Shown piece after piece: positions 24,421 to 37,920 of a stretch of DNA of 64,000 bases. Position 1 is the stretch's first letter. Every line of letters starts with the position of its first letter. The notes below the pieces were generated by a model. The model was not told the DNA's origin and did not search any database. It saw nothing but the letters and a program-made list of their open reading frames with translations. Source of the stretch: Vicugna vicugna. Lineage: Eukaryota. The stretch covers positions 5,801,741 to 5,865,740 of the forward strand of contig MU058636.1 of NCBI GenBank assembly GCA_013265495.1. The letters run 5' to 3'. Made by a program: the position numbers and the translations under genes.

Positions 24421-27400
24421 ATAAAGAGTTTGGAATTCCTTAAAAATAAGTACAAATATAATTGACTTTAAAAAAAGAAAAAAAGTATCCTCAACAGAAG
24501 ACTCCTCAAATCAAAATTTTACATGATAATTTTAAGTACATCTGATACATATACTATCAAGGAATTTGTAGAGTTAATTGACTCCCTATTTTGCTTTTTT
24601 ATAAACCCAAGTTACTACCTGAACAAATATTTATTGAGTTTATTTTATATGCTGTTACACTGTTGCCATCCTCAAGGGGCTCAGTGAGACACACAGACAG
24701 GTCAAAAAGCAGTTATGATTATAGAATGATGAAAGCATATGACAGAGGTACAGATTTATCTCCAGAGTCAGTTAGCCTTGTCTTGGGGACATTAAGTCCC
24801 AGTGTAATGGATGAAAATTTACCCCTTTCTGTCCCACGCAAGAAAGCATAGTCAAATACAAAACAATAAAAGGATAGTATTATAGGGACAATCTTGCATA
24901 CACTTAAGACTTTTGATACACTAAAAAACAAGAGGTTTTTTTTATTAAAGTAAATAATTCACAAACCTTGATATTTTAGATATTATAGCAATAAATTCCT
25001 TGTGACATATTCTAGAACTAATTGCAATACACAAGTGTATCATACCACTTATTTTTTTTGGGGGGGACCATTTCCTTAGTGTATTTTTAATACACTTAGT
25101 CTTGTACAAATTAGGATTACATATAGTCTTTTAGGGATACATCCATGCATGTTATAACCAAGAGAAAGCTTGGTCCTTTAAGGAACTGGCAAGAACTCAA
25201 ATTTAACTGGTATCACCAATGTAAGATGAGTGAATAGTTATTTTACTTCTTTGTTGACAATTCTATCTTTTCCCTTCAGTTCTTTTAGTCAAACTTTCTG
25301 AGACAGGACTCTGTCTACCATTAAATTTATAAGACCCCTAATTTCAGACTAATTTCCTTTGTCAACTTTGAACCTTAATACATTCCGTTTTATTTCCCTA
25401 ACACAGCATCAGTGATAGATGGGCTAAGATGTGGTGCTAATGTAATATATATACTAAACTATAAATGAAGACAACTACATTACTCAGAACACGGCAGGTA
25501 GGAATGAGCTGAGGTCATTACCCCGAGGTGATTTCACGCAACCTGCAAGGTGTATCAGTTGTGTCATTTGTACCATTAATCTCACTCAAGGACAAAACTG
25601 GACGCATATTCAGTTTAAAAAACACTTTCTATGGGAGTCCTAGATCCTGTCTCTGTCTAAAATGTCATCACATTACAAAGACAGAAAACTAGTTTAAAAA
25701 GAGAAACAAAATGCACACCACTGAGATCACACAATTATCTTAGAACTCAGATATGTGATGTGAGACTCATAGAGTGCTAGGACCTCAGTCAACAGATTGT
25801 AATTTTGCAAGCTCTCATTTCTGTGTTTATTCACAGTAAAACAGGCTGAAGAAGAGTGTAAGTGATTCCATGGATCTAATCTTTTAGAAACCAGTGTATC
25901 GTGGGGCTCCGTGCAGAGTGAGGTCTTGTCTTCACTACTGACTTGATTGCTTTTCTGAAATTCCTGAGCCTATACGGTTCGTGTTTTCTGGAGCCCATTT
26001 GTCACTGTTTTGGACACTACTAATCAAGATCCCGCTGCCGGAGTCTGAAGCTAATTTCTAACCACTAGATGATGACTGCCAGACTATCACTGTAGTCGTT
26101 ACATCGAACAAAAACCTATAAAACTATTGCTGTCAGCTGTTTAACTGCCCTCTTACTCCTGTCTGACCCCATTATAAGTATTTCATTAGGCTGAAGGTAG
26201 TAGAATTCTTCCTATTCTGTAATCCTCTGCAGCCCTAAAAAAATACACTGTGGTACACCACTAATACTTTCTGCAACACTGAATGTTAAAAAGAACATAT
26301 ATATGTTTCCCATGCCTCTCTTGACCCACCTATAAAAGCAGATTAAATTATTTTTTTTAACCAAAACCATTATGGAAATAGAATGTTATTTTCTTTTTTT
26401 ACAGAAACATGTAACATGTAACATGTTCCTCATGGAAATAGCATGTAATCTCCTTGAGAAGAAGAACTATTTCTTTTATTCCTCAACCCCATGGTTATCT
26501 TATTAAAAATATTTGATGAGTATTTGGCAACCTAGATAAAAATAGCAAAGGCCCAGTGTTATTGTTGTGACTCTAAAAGATAAGACTATGATTGGAATTC
26601 TGTAGTATATAATCTTGAAACAGATACTTTGTTGACTTGAGTTTTATTTTTTGAGATTCTCTACTACTTTTTATGTTCTTTGTGCCTCGTGTTCTCATTT
26701 TCCTTCTATCAACGCATTGAGCCCTGACTTGCACGTCTACTGGGTGGTACCCTGAAAGCCACGTTCTACATGAACCATATTGGTATCAGGCCTATAAAGC
26801 AGCATTTAATTACCTTGTAGGGGAAAAGGGGTTGTATCAACTGGTTTCATACCACCGATATAAAATTGAACTTTAATAATTTAAACACAATTCAAAATTT
26901 ACTTTTGGAGGAGAATTAAGTCATTGCTCCCTGACATGAACCTTAAACCAATCCTGGGGAAGAAAGGAGAGTGAACTATTACTTTCCCATTTCTGACCAA
27001 ATGAATTTTGACCCTTTTCTGGCACCACAGTCTCAGTTTTTCTCCCTGAGGACCCTGATCTCCTGGGAACAGCCATTTTTAACTGGCATTTTTAAAGTGG
27101 TGAATGAGTGCAAAGATATTTTACCCCAGCTCATGTGCATTTCTGTTCAGTGCAGATTTAGCCTTCCTCACTTATTTAGCTCTTGCATTGTGTGAGGCCC
27201 ATGCTAACTGTGGGCATGTGATGTTAGGCAATAGCAGACCGGGCCCCTGCGCTCACGAAACTTATAATCAGGTGGGGAAAAGAGATACTAATCAAACAAT
27301 CAGACATAGAAATGTCACACACTGTGATAAGTGCTAAGAAAGTGGGCACTTGGTTCAACGAGAACACTGCTGGAAAATTTGACCTCGTTAAGGAGGCCAG

Positions 27401-28321
27401 CTGAGGCTTCTTAAAGAAGCGAGGGTGATGCCAAGATCTGGATACCAGGGTCCCCAACCAAAAGGACAAACAGAAAGCAGAAATAGAAATCTAGGCAACT
27501 GAGCCCAGGCCTCCTATACTCTCAGAAATTTTACTTTTATCTTCAAGGAAATTAAAACAACAGATTCTGAAAGGTCGTCATTAAATCGAAAATTTTCCTC
27601 AATATTTAGAACGTGAGCGATTTCTTTACCCAAACGTGCTTGCCTGCAAAGAGCAGCAAGACTGTGGAAATATAACAGATGACGTTCAAGCATATGCCGC
27701 TAAGGTGACCCTTAGTTATCGCATTTCTGTGTTTGCTCTTTAGATGAAGTCCAACCTGCCCAGTCTGTTTTAGAGCAATTTCTGTTCTAGCCCATGAGCC
27801 CACGAAAGCCGCTGGGAGCCAGAGGATTCTACACGTGCAGGTGCACTCCTGCTTAGCTAAAATAATCGTCAGTTCACTGGCCTCCAGTCACACATGACCT
27901 GCTGCTTAATTGCCATGGCTCTTCAGTAGCCTTTTATATCGCCCTCCACCCCGAAGTGATCTGACAATACTATGGCGTAGTGGAGTGACGCCCTACCTAA
28001 TTCTTTGTACGATGCTGTTTTGTTGATTTTTCATTATTATTCAGGTTAGATTTGCTTGAGGAAACACTGTGTCCATGGTTGAATCCACACAAACAGGAGA
28101 GAAGCAAATAGATTGTTAATGCCTGAGGATACAGAGGGCTAAATTTGCCAACACGTTTTCCTTTCCTTTGTACTCACTACCCTGGTGCCCAGGACAGACA
28201 TCAGAGGCCAGCAGTGACCAACCTTTTCAAAGCAGACCTGAAAGGGTTGAGTAGAGCCTACTGCATCAACAAGCGAGAAATAATAAAAGGCTAGAGCTAG
28301 AGCTTATAAAAGAGGGAATGT

Positions 28322-28354
28322 TGCAGGTTTACATGTGTCACTAGATGGCAGTGT
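28322..28354 (+). promoter_or_regulatory. CTCF-like motif with upstream TGCAG element
   Basis: Core TGTCACTAGATGGCAGTG (28336-28353) matches the CTCF consensus CCASYAGRKGGCRS except at the first C; TGCAG at 28322-28326. Confidence 0.6.
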
Positions 28355-28419
28355 TTCTGAAGTTCATTCTGAAGAGGCCATATTTGGTACTATAATTGCT
28401 GTTTTGCTGAAAAGTCAGA

Positions 28420-28790
28420 GTAATAAGTAATAGCTAGTATTTATCAAGGTTTTACTATGTACCAAGCAATGCGATAAATATTATGTCCACATAAACATGG
28501 TAAGATAGGCAAAATAATGATCTTTTTACAAATGAAGAAATGGAGGTTTAAAATAGATGAATAACAGTAGGAACCAGGAACCTAGCTAAGTATTTTTTAG
28601 ATAACATAGAGTTTAGCTCCCAGTTGCCCTACACTGCAGGTGTTCATATAATTCTCAGTTTGAAGATGAGGAAACTGAGGGGAAAAGGTATTATGTTTCA
28701 TGCTCAAGGTCACACAGCTTGGAAGCTGAGGATTTAGGATCTGAACTAGGTCAGTGAAACTTAGGAATTAGTTTTGTACTCTTAAACACT
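28420..28790 (-). mobile_element. Two MIR fragments
   Basis: 'aatagctagtatttatcaaggttttactatgtaccaagca', 'ttttacaaatgaagaaatggagg', 'gatgaggaaactgagg...ctcaaggtcacacagct'. Confidence 0.6.
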
Positions 28791-31159
28791 CCTTCCCCAC
28801 TTTTGGCTGGAAAAGAAAAAGGTTAAATAGACACATTATTTTTTCTGTCCTGCCTGGGCATTAGATACTCTTAGAGTGTGAGTAACCTGTGAATCTCAAG
28901 TTATCTTTGTGACGGTAGTGAAAGGAGGAAAAAAAAATGTCAAAAGAAGAATGCTCTTATCCTAAAAATTAACCTTACGTAACATTTGAGGATTCAAGTC
29001 CATTTCCCCAGATTTTTAAAATAAAATTCTCCATTCTTTAATAGAATAGCATTTGAAAGCATCTCCTCCATGAAAGATGACAGTACTGATCTCCCTTTCA
29101 TTTCAAACCTGAAATTGATAAGAAGTCTATGCCCTCTGTTCTGTGCATGTTCGTAGCCCAAGTCAAATTTCCCAGAAATGGACAATGAAGGACTACTCCT
29201 GCCATCTTGATAACCCCTTACAGACGTCAATGCTCTTATAACACATTCTTGGCTGGTATTTTAAAAATCATTCATCATAATTAAATAATTATGAAGCCAC
29301 ACAGCCCATGGATTTTGGGGTTTTGTTTTAATTTTTGTGTTTTGAGTCTACTGATGCAAGGAAGTTTGCTGACCTTTTGCTCAGTCACGGGAGCACTTAC
29401 AGGGCAATGCATTTATGGTAAGACGAGTTTTCTCTTAAATACAGTGGTAAAAGAATACTTTGTTGTTTAAGATCTTGAAGAAAGGATTGGGAGGGGATCG
29501 TAAGGCAATAAAAGAAATTCACTCATTTTGACCCAGTATACATCAATTTTAATTGAAATACTCATACTCATATTCCAAATTTTATTCTTCTCAGACACTC
29601 TTTATTCAATTAAGTTTTTTCTGGAACTTTGATTCTTCAAAATGCCTGGCTGCAGTCAGCACTATGTTCCAGATGACTGTAAAATAAGCAACTAAAGTCC
29701 AAGAAATCACTTTAAAAGCTAGTCTCTACCAGTATCTAATCCAAGATATTTAGAGTCATTCAGATTATATAACAAATTACCTCTTGCTGCCTGCCAGGTA
29801 AGAATGACGACCAGTATATCTAGTCAACTAGATGATAACGGGGAGGAATGACACAAAACTTCTCACCATTTCTTTACAGTGTCACTCTGTTAAGTGTCTC
29901 TGAAGCAAAGAAGAATGCTTTAGTAAAGATTCAAGTTCGTTAGAATTTGTTACTTCTTGGATTTCCTTATGTGTGACAGGGTTTCATTGCAACAATTCCG
30001 TAAATCCAGTTCATTATTTTTGATCCAGCATAAGAATAAACTTAGAAGGGACGCTTCATTTAAAAGAATTTGTATATCTTAGCAGCTGCAGTGCTGGAGT
30101 GAGGTACTGGAAATTATGAGATGAAAGAAAACACTTTCCCTTCGCTAATAATAGTGCCAATTGCCTCTGAAAACCCACTAGAAATAGCAAAGGACTTGAT
30201 AATTCTACTTATGCTTCTCTCTTCTACTAGGATGGGCCCTGTGTTTCTTTCTTTTTGGCATAGGGCAGATTTTTTTAACCTTATTTATATCACTTAATCA
30301 ATAAGATGGTCACATCCAAGAAGGGAGTTCCACTCAAGGGCAAGATAATACTCTTCCAAAGTCCGTATGATGTACGTGTGATTTTGAATTGAATGGCAGC
30401 CACAATGTAGTTTCCTCCTCAGTTACTTTGGACATTGAGACTCTGGGCCATTACTTCTAATATGGATAACCATAAGAAATACGTAACAAAAAGTGTTCCT
30501 ATGTGTGTGATCCCTGTAATTCAAACTACTGGTGGAATAGCTTTGTGTGGGCTATTTTTTTGCAGGCAAATGTTTTTCTTTCTACAGAAGAGCAATTCAC
30601 AGGGTATATGTGTGTATCTGAATATTGTAGGTATTGAGTACTTTTATGGACCATACCAAACCTTAGAAAAAAGAATGATTTTTTTGATCATAATCAGAAG
30701 GCTTTGACAAATAAAAAAATGTTAGAAAAAGCCAGAAACTGTTTTTAAAAAGTATCTCATCTGTTAAATTTGGCTTCTAGTTCTCTTTAAGAATATTTGA
30801 CAAATGAGCCTGTGTCTAAAATGTTTACTTTCTTGCCATCTTCAAGATCCTTCACCAGCCAGCTCTGGCCTCACTGGCTGCTCTGTTACCTGCTCTTCCT
30901 CCCATTTGTCCCTTCCGATTAACTTCTGCGAATGCAAATGGTTTCTTGGTTCCCTTCTCCAAACATATGCTTCTTAACTGCAAGTCCTCCCTGTTTACAC
31001 CCCTGGAATATACCATGGAAAATCTTCATGCTCAAGGCTAACCTCCAACTTTCTTTCCACTCACTGCCTCTTAAACTACACTCAGTTCATTGCTTCCCTA
31101 CAGTGTCAGTGTACATTTGCATATTTGAAAAAGCTTGGTGAGTCATCTTGTCCTGGCAA

Positions 31160-33200
31160 AATGTAATTTTAATTTTTTAAAAATAATTTTATGCACCTAG
31201 TGAAAAATTTCAACTTTATAGAGGATTGTAACATGGAAAAGTACATGACAAGTAATATTTTAAATTAAAGTTAACAATTTTAGTTTGTAGCATATCTGGC
31301 AATTATCTCTAAAATACCAAATATATGCAAACACCTTTAATTCTTGTTTAAAAAATTATCAGCAGCATCTCTGGTCTCACTGCTGGGAAAGAAGAAAGAA
31401 TTTTACTACCCCATCTTCTCTGCTTACCTAGGTTTTGATGGTTACCAAAGTTTTGATTCTTCTGGTGGTTACCTTTGTAAGTAATACATGTAAATCTCTC
31501 TTCCTTGATTGGACAACTTTATTTACTCACTGATTTAAGATGTGGATGTTTTGGATCCTTGTACTTACCCACACCTTCTCAATATTTCTCTCCCACCTAG
31601 TTTCTTAAAGCCTTCTTGTTATTTTCTGTCTTAAGACAGACCAGACCAGACAGCTAGTTTCTCAGGTTTTCTACCTTTTTGCTCTTTCTCTGTATTTTGG
31701 GAGATTTCTGCAGGGGCATCTGTCAGCACTTCTACTGAGTTTTCATTTTGGAAATCATATTTTTTAATTATCAAGAAATATCTTTTTCTACGGTTGCCCC
31801 CTTTTCATGGCAGCCTATGCTTTGTTTTATGGTTCCAATATCTTCTCATATTTCTCTGAGGAGATGAACAAGACATTTTAAAACTCTCTCCCATCCCTGA
31901 ATGATAAGTTTTCTCTGAAGTTAGTTGTTTTACTTCTTCATCTTGGTGCTTTTCATTTGTGCAAATTTACTCTCTCTGCTGATATCTTTTTGCTGATATA
32001 TCTGCTGATTCTTTTTTTGCCTGACCTTATTTGTGAGTGAAAGTCAGGATGGTTGATACAGCAGTGGCTGATAATACTCAGTGTTGGGAAGAGCAGTGAG
32101 GCAGAGTTCTCACACATTAATATGGACTTCCTGAGGGAAATTTAATAATATGCATTAACAATCTTAAAGTTGTTCATATCCACAACACAGAGCACTACTT
32201 CTAAGAATCATCTTTGGGAAATGACCAGATTATGCACAAAGATATTCATTAAATGTGAGTGAATTGAGGACTACTTAAATACACTTGATGGAATATTATA
32301 CAGTGTAAAGTTGATGCCTCAGATGAATTTTTGATAATATAGGAAATTTCTATATACATGTATATGTACATATGTATAATGCATTGTTTACTTTCTTGTT
32401 TATCTTTTCAAAATTTTCTACATGCAAATATAATACAATTTAAATTATAAAAGTCACTTAAAAACAAGTAAACCAGATGGACAAGAGCAGGTAGAGCAAG
32501 TCAAATAGCCACCCGTTGTCCCTTTCTCTGAGTCCAGCTCCTGACTTCTGTATGAGTTGCCCTGGTTTCTGCCTTTGATTTTGTTCTGAGAGGATTAGCT
32601 GACTGACCAAGATGGATGTGACTTCACTCTCAGTGTCCAGTCCGGTGACTCTCAGCTTTGTCATTGCGTGTATGTATACGTCTGGATATGTGTATGTGTG
32701 TGCCTGGGTGTATATCTGTGTGTGTGTGTTGTGTGTACGACTAACCTGTCTCCTGATTTGGCTTAACTTTTACCACAAATATGTCTCACTGGTTTTGTCC
32801 TGGGGACTTCAAATCTAGACTGTAGTCTTATGGTTGTGAAGGGCAGGGCTACCTGACCCTGGTAGGGGGCTGTGACTGGTCAGGCTTCCGGGCATTGTGT
32901 GGATGCTCACTATCTCAGCTAAGGCAGGTGTGTCTTAGGAAAGGAATGTTCTTTGTTATCTTTAAAGGGCAGCAGCCGGGCGCCTGAGAAGCCCTGGGGC
33001 AGGAATCTGCCAGCTGTCTGTGGACTCCACAGTTCCCCCTGACAGACCAGCACTGTCAAATCTTTGGGATATGGGCAGAGGTCTCATCTTCTGGAGCTAC
33101 TTCCTGCTGAACAGGGCTGTCACTCTGTCCCTGCCAATATTGCCAGTCTATCTGGGGTTATGGGGCCCCGATATCCTGGCAGCTTTAAGGGTGGGAGTGG
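31160..33200 (-). mobile_element. Ancient HAL1/L1M-type fragments, with a plus-strand L1ME-type 3' piece at ~32050-32450
   Basis: 'cttctactgagtttcattttggaaatcatattttt', 'ttttcatggcagcct...ttgttttatgg...atatcttctcatatttctctgagg' resemble HAL1. Confidence 0.45.
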
Positions 33201-35271
33201 AAGGAGACCCCAGCGGTGTCCAAGGGCTGTATCACCGGGATGTTGACTTGGTTCATGGTTGGGGTCTTGGTAGGAGGGGTGTATTTGTTCCTAAATTTAT
33301 GAATCTTGGGCTTCGAAGAGAGACAACTGTTTTTGTAAGAGAGGATTACAACGCAATAGTAAGCATATACCGAGATAAATAGCTAAATTCAGTAAGAACA
33401 GTGAGAATAAATTTGAGAATGTCTGAAAAAGGATCACTATCTTGACAGATAAAGAGAATTGAATGGAAATTGTTTTGGAAGGTGATGATGCATTTTGAAG
33501 TTCACAGTGTTGGACTTAAGGTGACAATTGAAATGTCCATATTTAGCTGCCCCTCCAGAGATAATTCTAGGAAATCCATAAAATATAGAGCTTCTATTAA
33601 CAATCATGTAAAAAATTCATGGAGTGCATACTGTGTAAGTCACTTTGCTAGTCACGAATATTTAATGAGCCATACAGTGTGGGGAATGTTGTTCCTTAAT
33701 GGATGGGATGGACAGGAGGTGAGACAGTTAAATAGTTTGACAAGGGCTATAATGAGCATGCTGTTAGTGCTGAAGTGACACCCTGCCGTGTGCCAGCACT
33801 TACCCTATCCTACAGGAAGAGTTTCTGAAGAAAGTGACATATAACCTGAGCTGTGATAAAATATATACAAAACAGTAAGATTCAGTTCTTGCCCTTGAGG
33901 ATATTCTGTTATTCCAGGGAAACAGATACAAACAAAACTCAACCATAGGTGCAATTATGTTTTCATGTATAAAGTACAAATGAGATGAGTATCGAAAAGC
34001 AATTAATTAGACCTGATAGGGTGGAAATCAGAGAAATAAACCTTTCATAAGTTTGTAAATAGATAAAGATCGCTTTAGGCAAAAAGGAAAGCAGATTACA
34101 CCGGTTAAAATCTATACTTACTGAGGAATCTCATGACCTTTGCTTTGTGCCAAGATATGCTTACTTAATTCTACCTGTTGTATCCTGTAATCTTTTATTA
34201 GAAAAAAGTTCTGATGTGACTTGAAAGATAGAAGAGCTATCGAATAATATATGTAACTATTATACTGATATAAGTACATAATTGCATATGAAATAATATG
34301 TAAAATTAAGTGACCCAGTCCTTAAGTAGATCTTTGCAGTCATTGCTCGAGTACTCATTGCTGTAAAAATGATAGTGACACAATGCTTTACATGATCTTT
34401 GGCATGACATTTTGTCAGAAGTTTTCTGAAATCCTAAGTAACTCCTTTGGGATCTTTTTGGCTGCTTTTTGTCCTCCAAGTCATGGGTTCCTTTTACAAA
34501 CACTGGCTGTCTCTGTGCCATTGCTGTGCTTGCCACAGTTTCCAGGGATCTAACACTGGGCCTGCTTGTGTGTGTGTCCTGGAAGCAGTACCAGACACGG
34601 TTCTAGGGATGTCAATCTTGGCTCCACGTATGGAAGAACTTCCTAACTTGCCCACAACAGACAGAAAAATGTATTTAAGTAAACTTTGTTTACATAGTTT
34701 TATATAAAATGAAATTCTTTTGATTTATAGAACAGTGCTTTATTCTGAGATTATACCCTTTAGTTTTGTTTTTTATTTTTGGTACTAGAATCTCCTTCCT
34801 TTTGTGAATTATGGTGTTAGTGAATTATAGTCATTTAAAAATATCCTTACTTGGCAAAATAAAGCCTGGAAACAAATTATTTGAAATTTTGTAGGCTTAG
34901 ACTTCCATATAGTCTGGAACTTCAGTTTCCCTGACTTCTAAACTCTGTTCCAACTGTCAAATTATGTCAGATTTTCAACTTGTTTATCTTGTTAAAAGAT
35001 AAGAAAGAAAACTTCATTTGAATTAAATCAAAGAATTATTTGCATATGTTGATTTTAACTTTCTGTCTTATTTTGAATATTTTATCTTTTGTAAGAGGAC
35101 ACTGAGGGAATAAACTGATATGATAGAATAAATTAGGAGACCTAGAATCAAATTCCCAGCTGTACAACTAAATAGAGATGTTTGCTTATTCTAGCTCTTA
35201 ATTTTTTCTAGCCTGAAAAACAAGTAATGAGCAAGTAGTAAAACTTATTTCAGTAATAAAATTCAATTTTA

Positions 35272-35392
35272 AAAATACACATATATAAAGTGTATGTATA
35301 TGTGTATGTACTTACATATGTGTGTATATACATGTGTACACATATACACATACACACACATGCCTATATGCATATATATACATGTATATATG
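35272..35392. repeat. Degenerate (TA/CA/TG) purine-pyrimidine simple repeat
   Basis: tatgtatatgtgtatgtac...catatacacatacacacac. Confidence 0.8.
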
Positions 35393-35984
35393 ACATTGGA
35401 TTTTGTGAAAAATTTATCATTTTTGCTAATAAAAGGGTATCTTTCAGTTCTGTTTGTAACTGAAAAGTTTATGCAGGATTTACAAATCCAGGAGTGAGAT
35501 TTTAGGGGGAAAAGAAACCCCAAAACCTTGGAAATTTACAGAACATAAAAGAATATTGCCAATTTTTGAAAGGGGAAAAGAAATTGGACTATAAGCTATG
35601 ATTGGAAATTTTTTATGAGCACCAATTTGCTGATGGGCTAATAAGCGTTTACTTTGCTGATCTTGCTGATCTGTGTTAGCTGCCTAATTACTCAATTTGT
35701 GCATGCAAATGCACTCATTTGTGTATAAATGCATGCAGGTGCAAATCTGCATGAGTAGTATTAGGGCCTCATTTGAAACTTGGTCATGATCCTTCATTTC
35801 TCTATACTTGAAAAATCAAGACCCTAGTTTTTGAAAATAGTTCCTGAAACAAAAAGTAAAATCCATATAAGCAAGATCATGTTTTTAATGTGATTGCCCT
35901 CAGTAGTTTTAATAATATTTAATTCAGTATTTAATAACTTAATAATATCTAATATCTAATTCAGTAGCTTTAATAATATCTAAC

Positions 35985-36188
35985 TGTTGTATGGGGCTTT
36001 GAAACTTACAGAACACTTTTCCACATATATTATCTTGCTTGATCCTACAACACTCCCTTAGGCCTAACTCCCATTTTAGAATTAAGAAAATTGAGGCTAA
36101 CAAAATAAATTTCATGCCACAATTTTACAAGTACTAATAAAAATAGCAAGATTTTAAACTTAGAATACTCTATTTTAAATTCTGGGCT
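35985..36188 (-). mobile_element. MIR, split by the L1 insertion (continues at ~37925-37960)
   Basis: 'acacttttccacatatattatct...cccattttagaattaagaaaattgaggct'; resumes with 'ccaggctctttc' after the L1 tail. Confidence 0.5.
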
Positions 36189-37920
36189 ATGTCCAACATC
36201 ATACTCAATGGTGAAAAACTGAAAGGATTTCCTCTAAGGTCAGGAATAAGACAAGGATGCCCACTCCCACCACTTTTATTTAACATAATTCTGGGAGTTC
36301 TAGTCACAGCAATAAGACAAGACAAAGAAATAAAAATAATTCTAAAATTTGTATGGAAACACAAAAGACTTCAAATAGGAAAAACAATCTTGAGAAAGAA
36401 GAATAAAGCTGGAAGCATTACACATCCTAATTTCAGATTATACTACAAAGCTACAGTGATCAAAAGAGTATGGTACTGGCACAAAAACAGACACATAGCT
36501 CAATGGTACAAAATAGAGAGCCCAGAAATAAACCCACACACATATGGTCAATTAATCTATAACATAGGAGGCAAGAATGTACAATGGGGAAAAGACAGCC
36601 TCTTCAATAAATGGTGGTGAGCAAACTGGACAACTACATGCAAAAGAACAAAACAAGACCACTTTCTCACAGCATATACAAAACTAAACTCAAAGTGGAT
36701 TAAAGACTTAAATGTGAAACTTGAAACCATAAAAATCCTAGAAGAAGATATTTGCAGTATGCTGTTTGACATTAGTCTTAGTAATATTTTTTTGCCCTCA
36801 GGCAAGGGAAACAAAAGCAAAAGTAAACAAATAGGACTACTTCAAACTAAAAAGTTTTTGCACAGAGAAGGACTCTATCAAGAAAACAGAAAGACAGCCT
36901 TCTGAATGCGAGAAAATATTTGCAAACTGTATACCCTATTAAGGGGTTAAAATCTCAAAATACAAAAAACTCATACAACTTGACATCAAAATAACAATCT
37001 GATTAAAAAATGGACACGGAGCTTGAATAGATTTTTCCAAAGAGGACATATGGATGGCCAACAGATGCAAAAAAGACGCTCAACGTCACTGATCATCAGG
37101 GAAATACAATTCAAAACCACGGTGAGATATCACCTCACATCTGTCAGAAAGGCTATTATCAAAAAGACAACAAATAACAAGTGTTGGTAAGGATGTGGAG
37201 AAAGGGGACCCTTTGAGCACTGTTGGTGGGATTGCAAATTGATGCAGACACTATGGAAAAACAGTATAGAGTCCTCAAAAACTTAAAAATGGAATAATCC
37301 AGCAATTCCATTTCTGTGTATTTTCCCAAAGAAAACAAAAACACTAATTTGAAATGATATACACACCCCTATGCTCATTGCAGCTTTATTCACAATAGCC
37401 AAGATATGGACGCAACCTAAGTGTCCATCAATAGATGAATGGATAAAGAAGATGTGGTGTATATATACAATGGAAGATTACTCAGGCATAAAAAAGAGTG
37501 AAGTCTTGAACCTAGAGGGTACTCGGCTAAGTGAATTGAGTCAAACAGAGAAACACAAATATCATATGATTTCACTTACATGTGGAATCTAAAAGACAAA
37601 ACCAATGAGTGAATGAACATAAAACAGAAACAAACTCATAGAGAACAAATAGGAGGTTGCCAGAGGGAAATGGGGTAAGGAGATGAATGAGTAAGTGAGG
37701 AGGATAAAGAGGTACAAACTTTTAGTTATGTGTAATGTAGGGAACATAGTCAATATTTTAATAACTTTGTATGATGACAGATGGTAACTAGACTTATTGT
37801 GGTGATCATTTCATATGTATAAAAATATCTAACCACTATGTACACTGAAACTAATATAATATTGTAAGTGAATTGTATTTCAATAATAAATAAGATATAA
37901 ATAAGTAAATAAATAAAGTA
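36189..37920 (+). mobile_element. 5'-truncated L1: decayed ORF2 (RT to C-terminal region) plus 3'UTR and A-rich tail
   Basis: ORFs give [60 protein letters not shown] and [27 protein letters not shown], all L1 ORF2p; there are stops and frameshifts. Confidence 0.95.

Noticed and set aside
26060..26078. CCACTAGATGATG as a CTCF site
   Set aside because: Lacks the near-invariant GGC of the core.
29745..29803. Strong donor CAG|gtaaga
   Set aside because: No convincing upstream acceptor or recognisable coding sequence.
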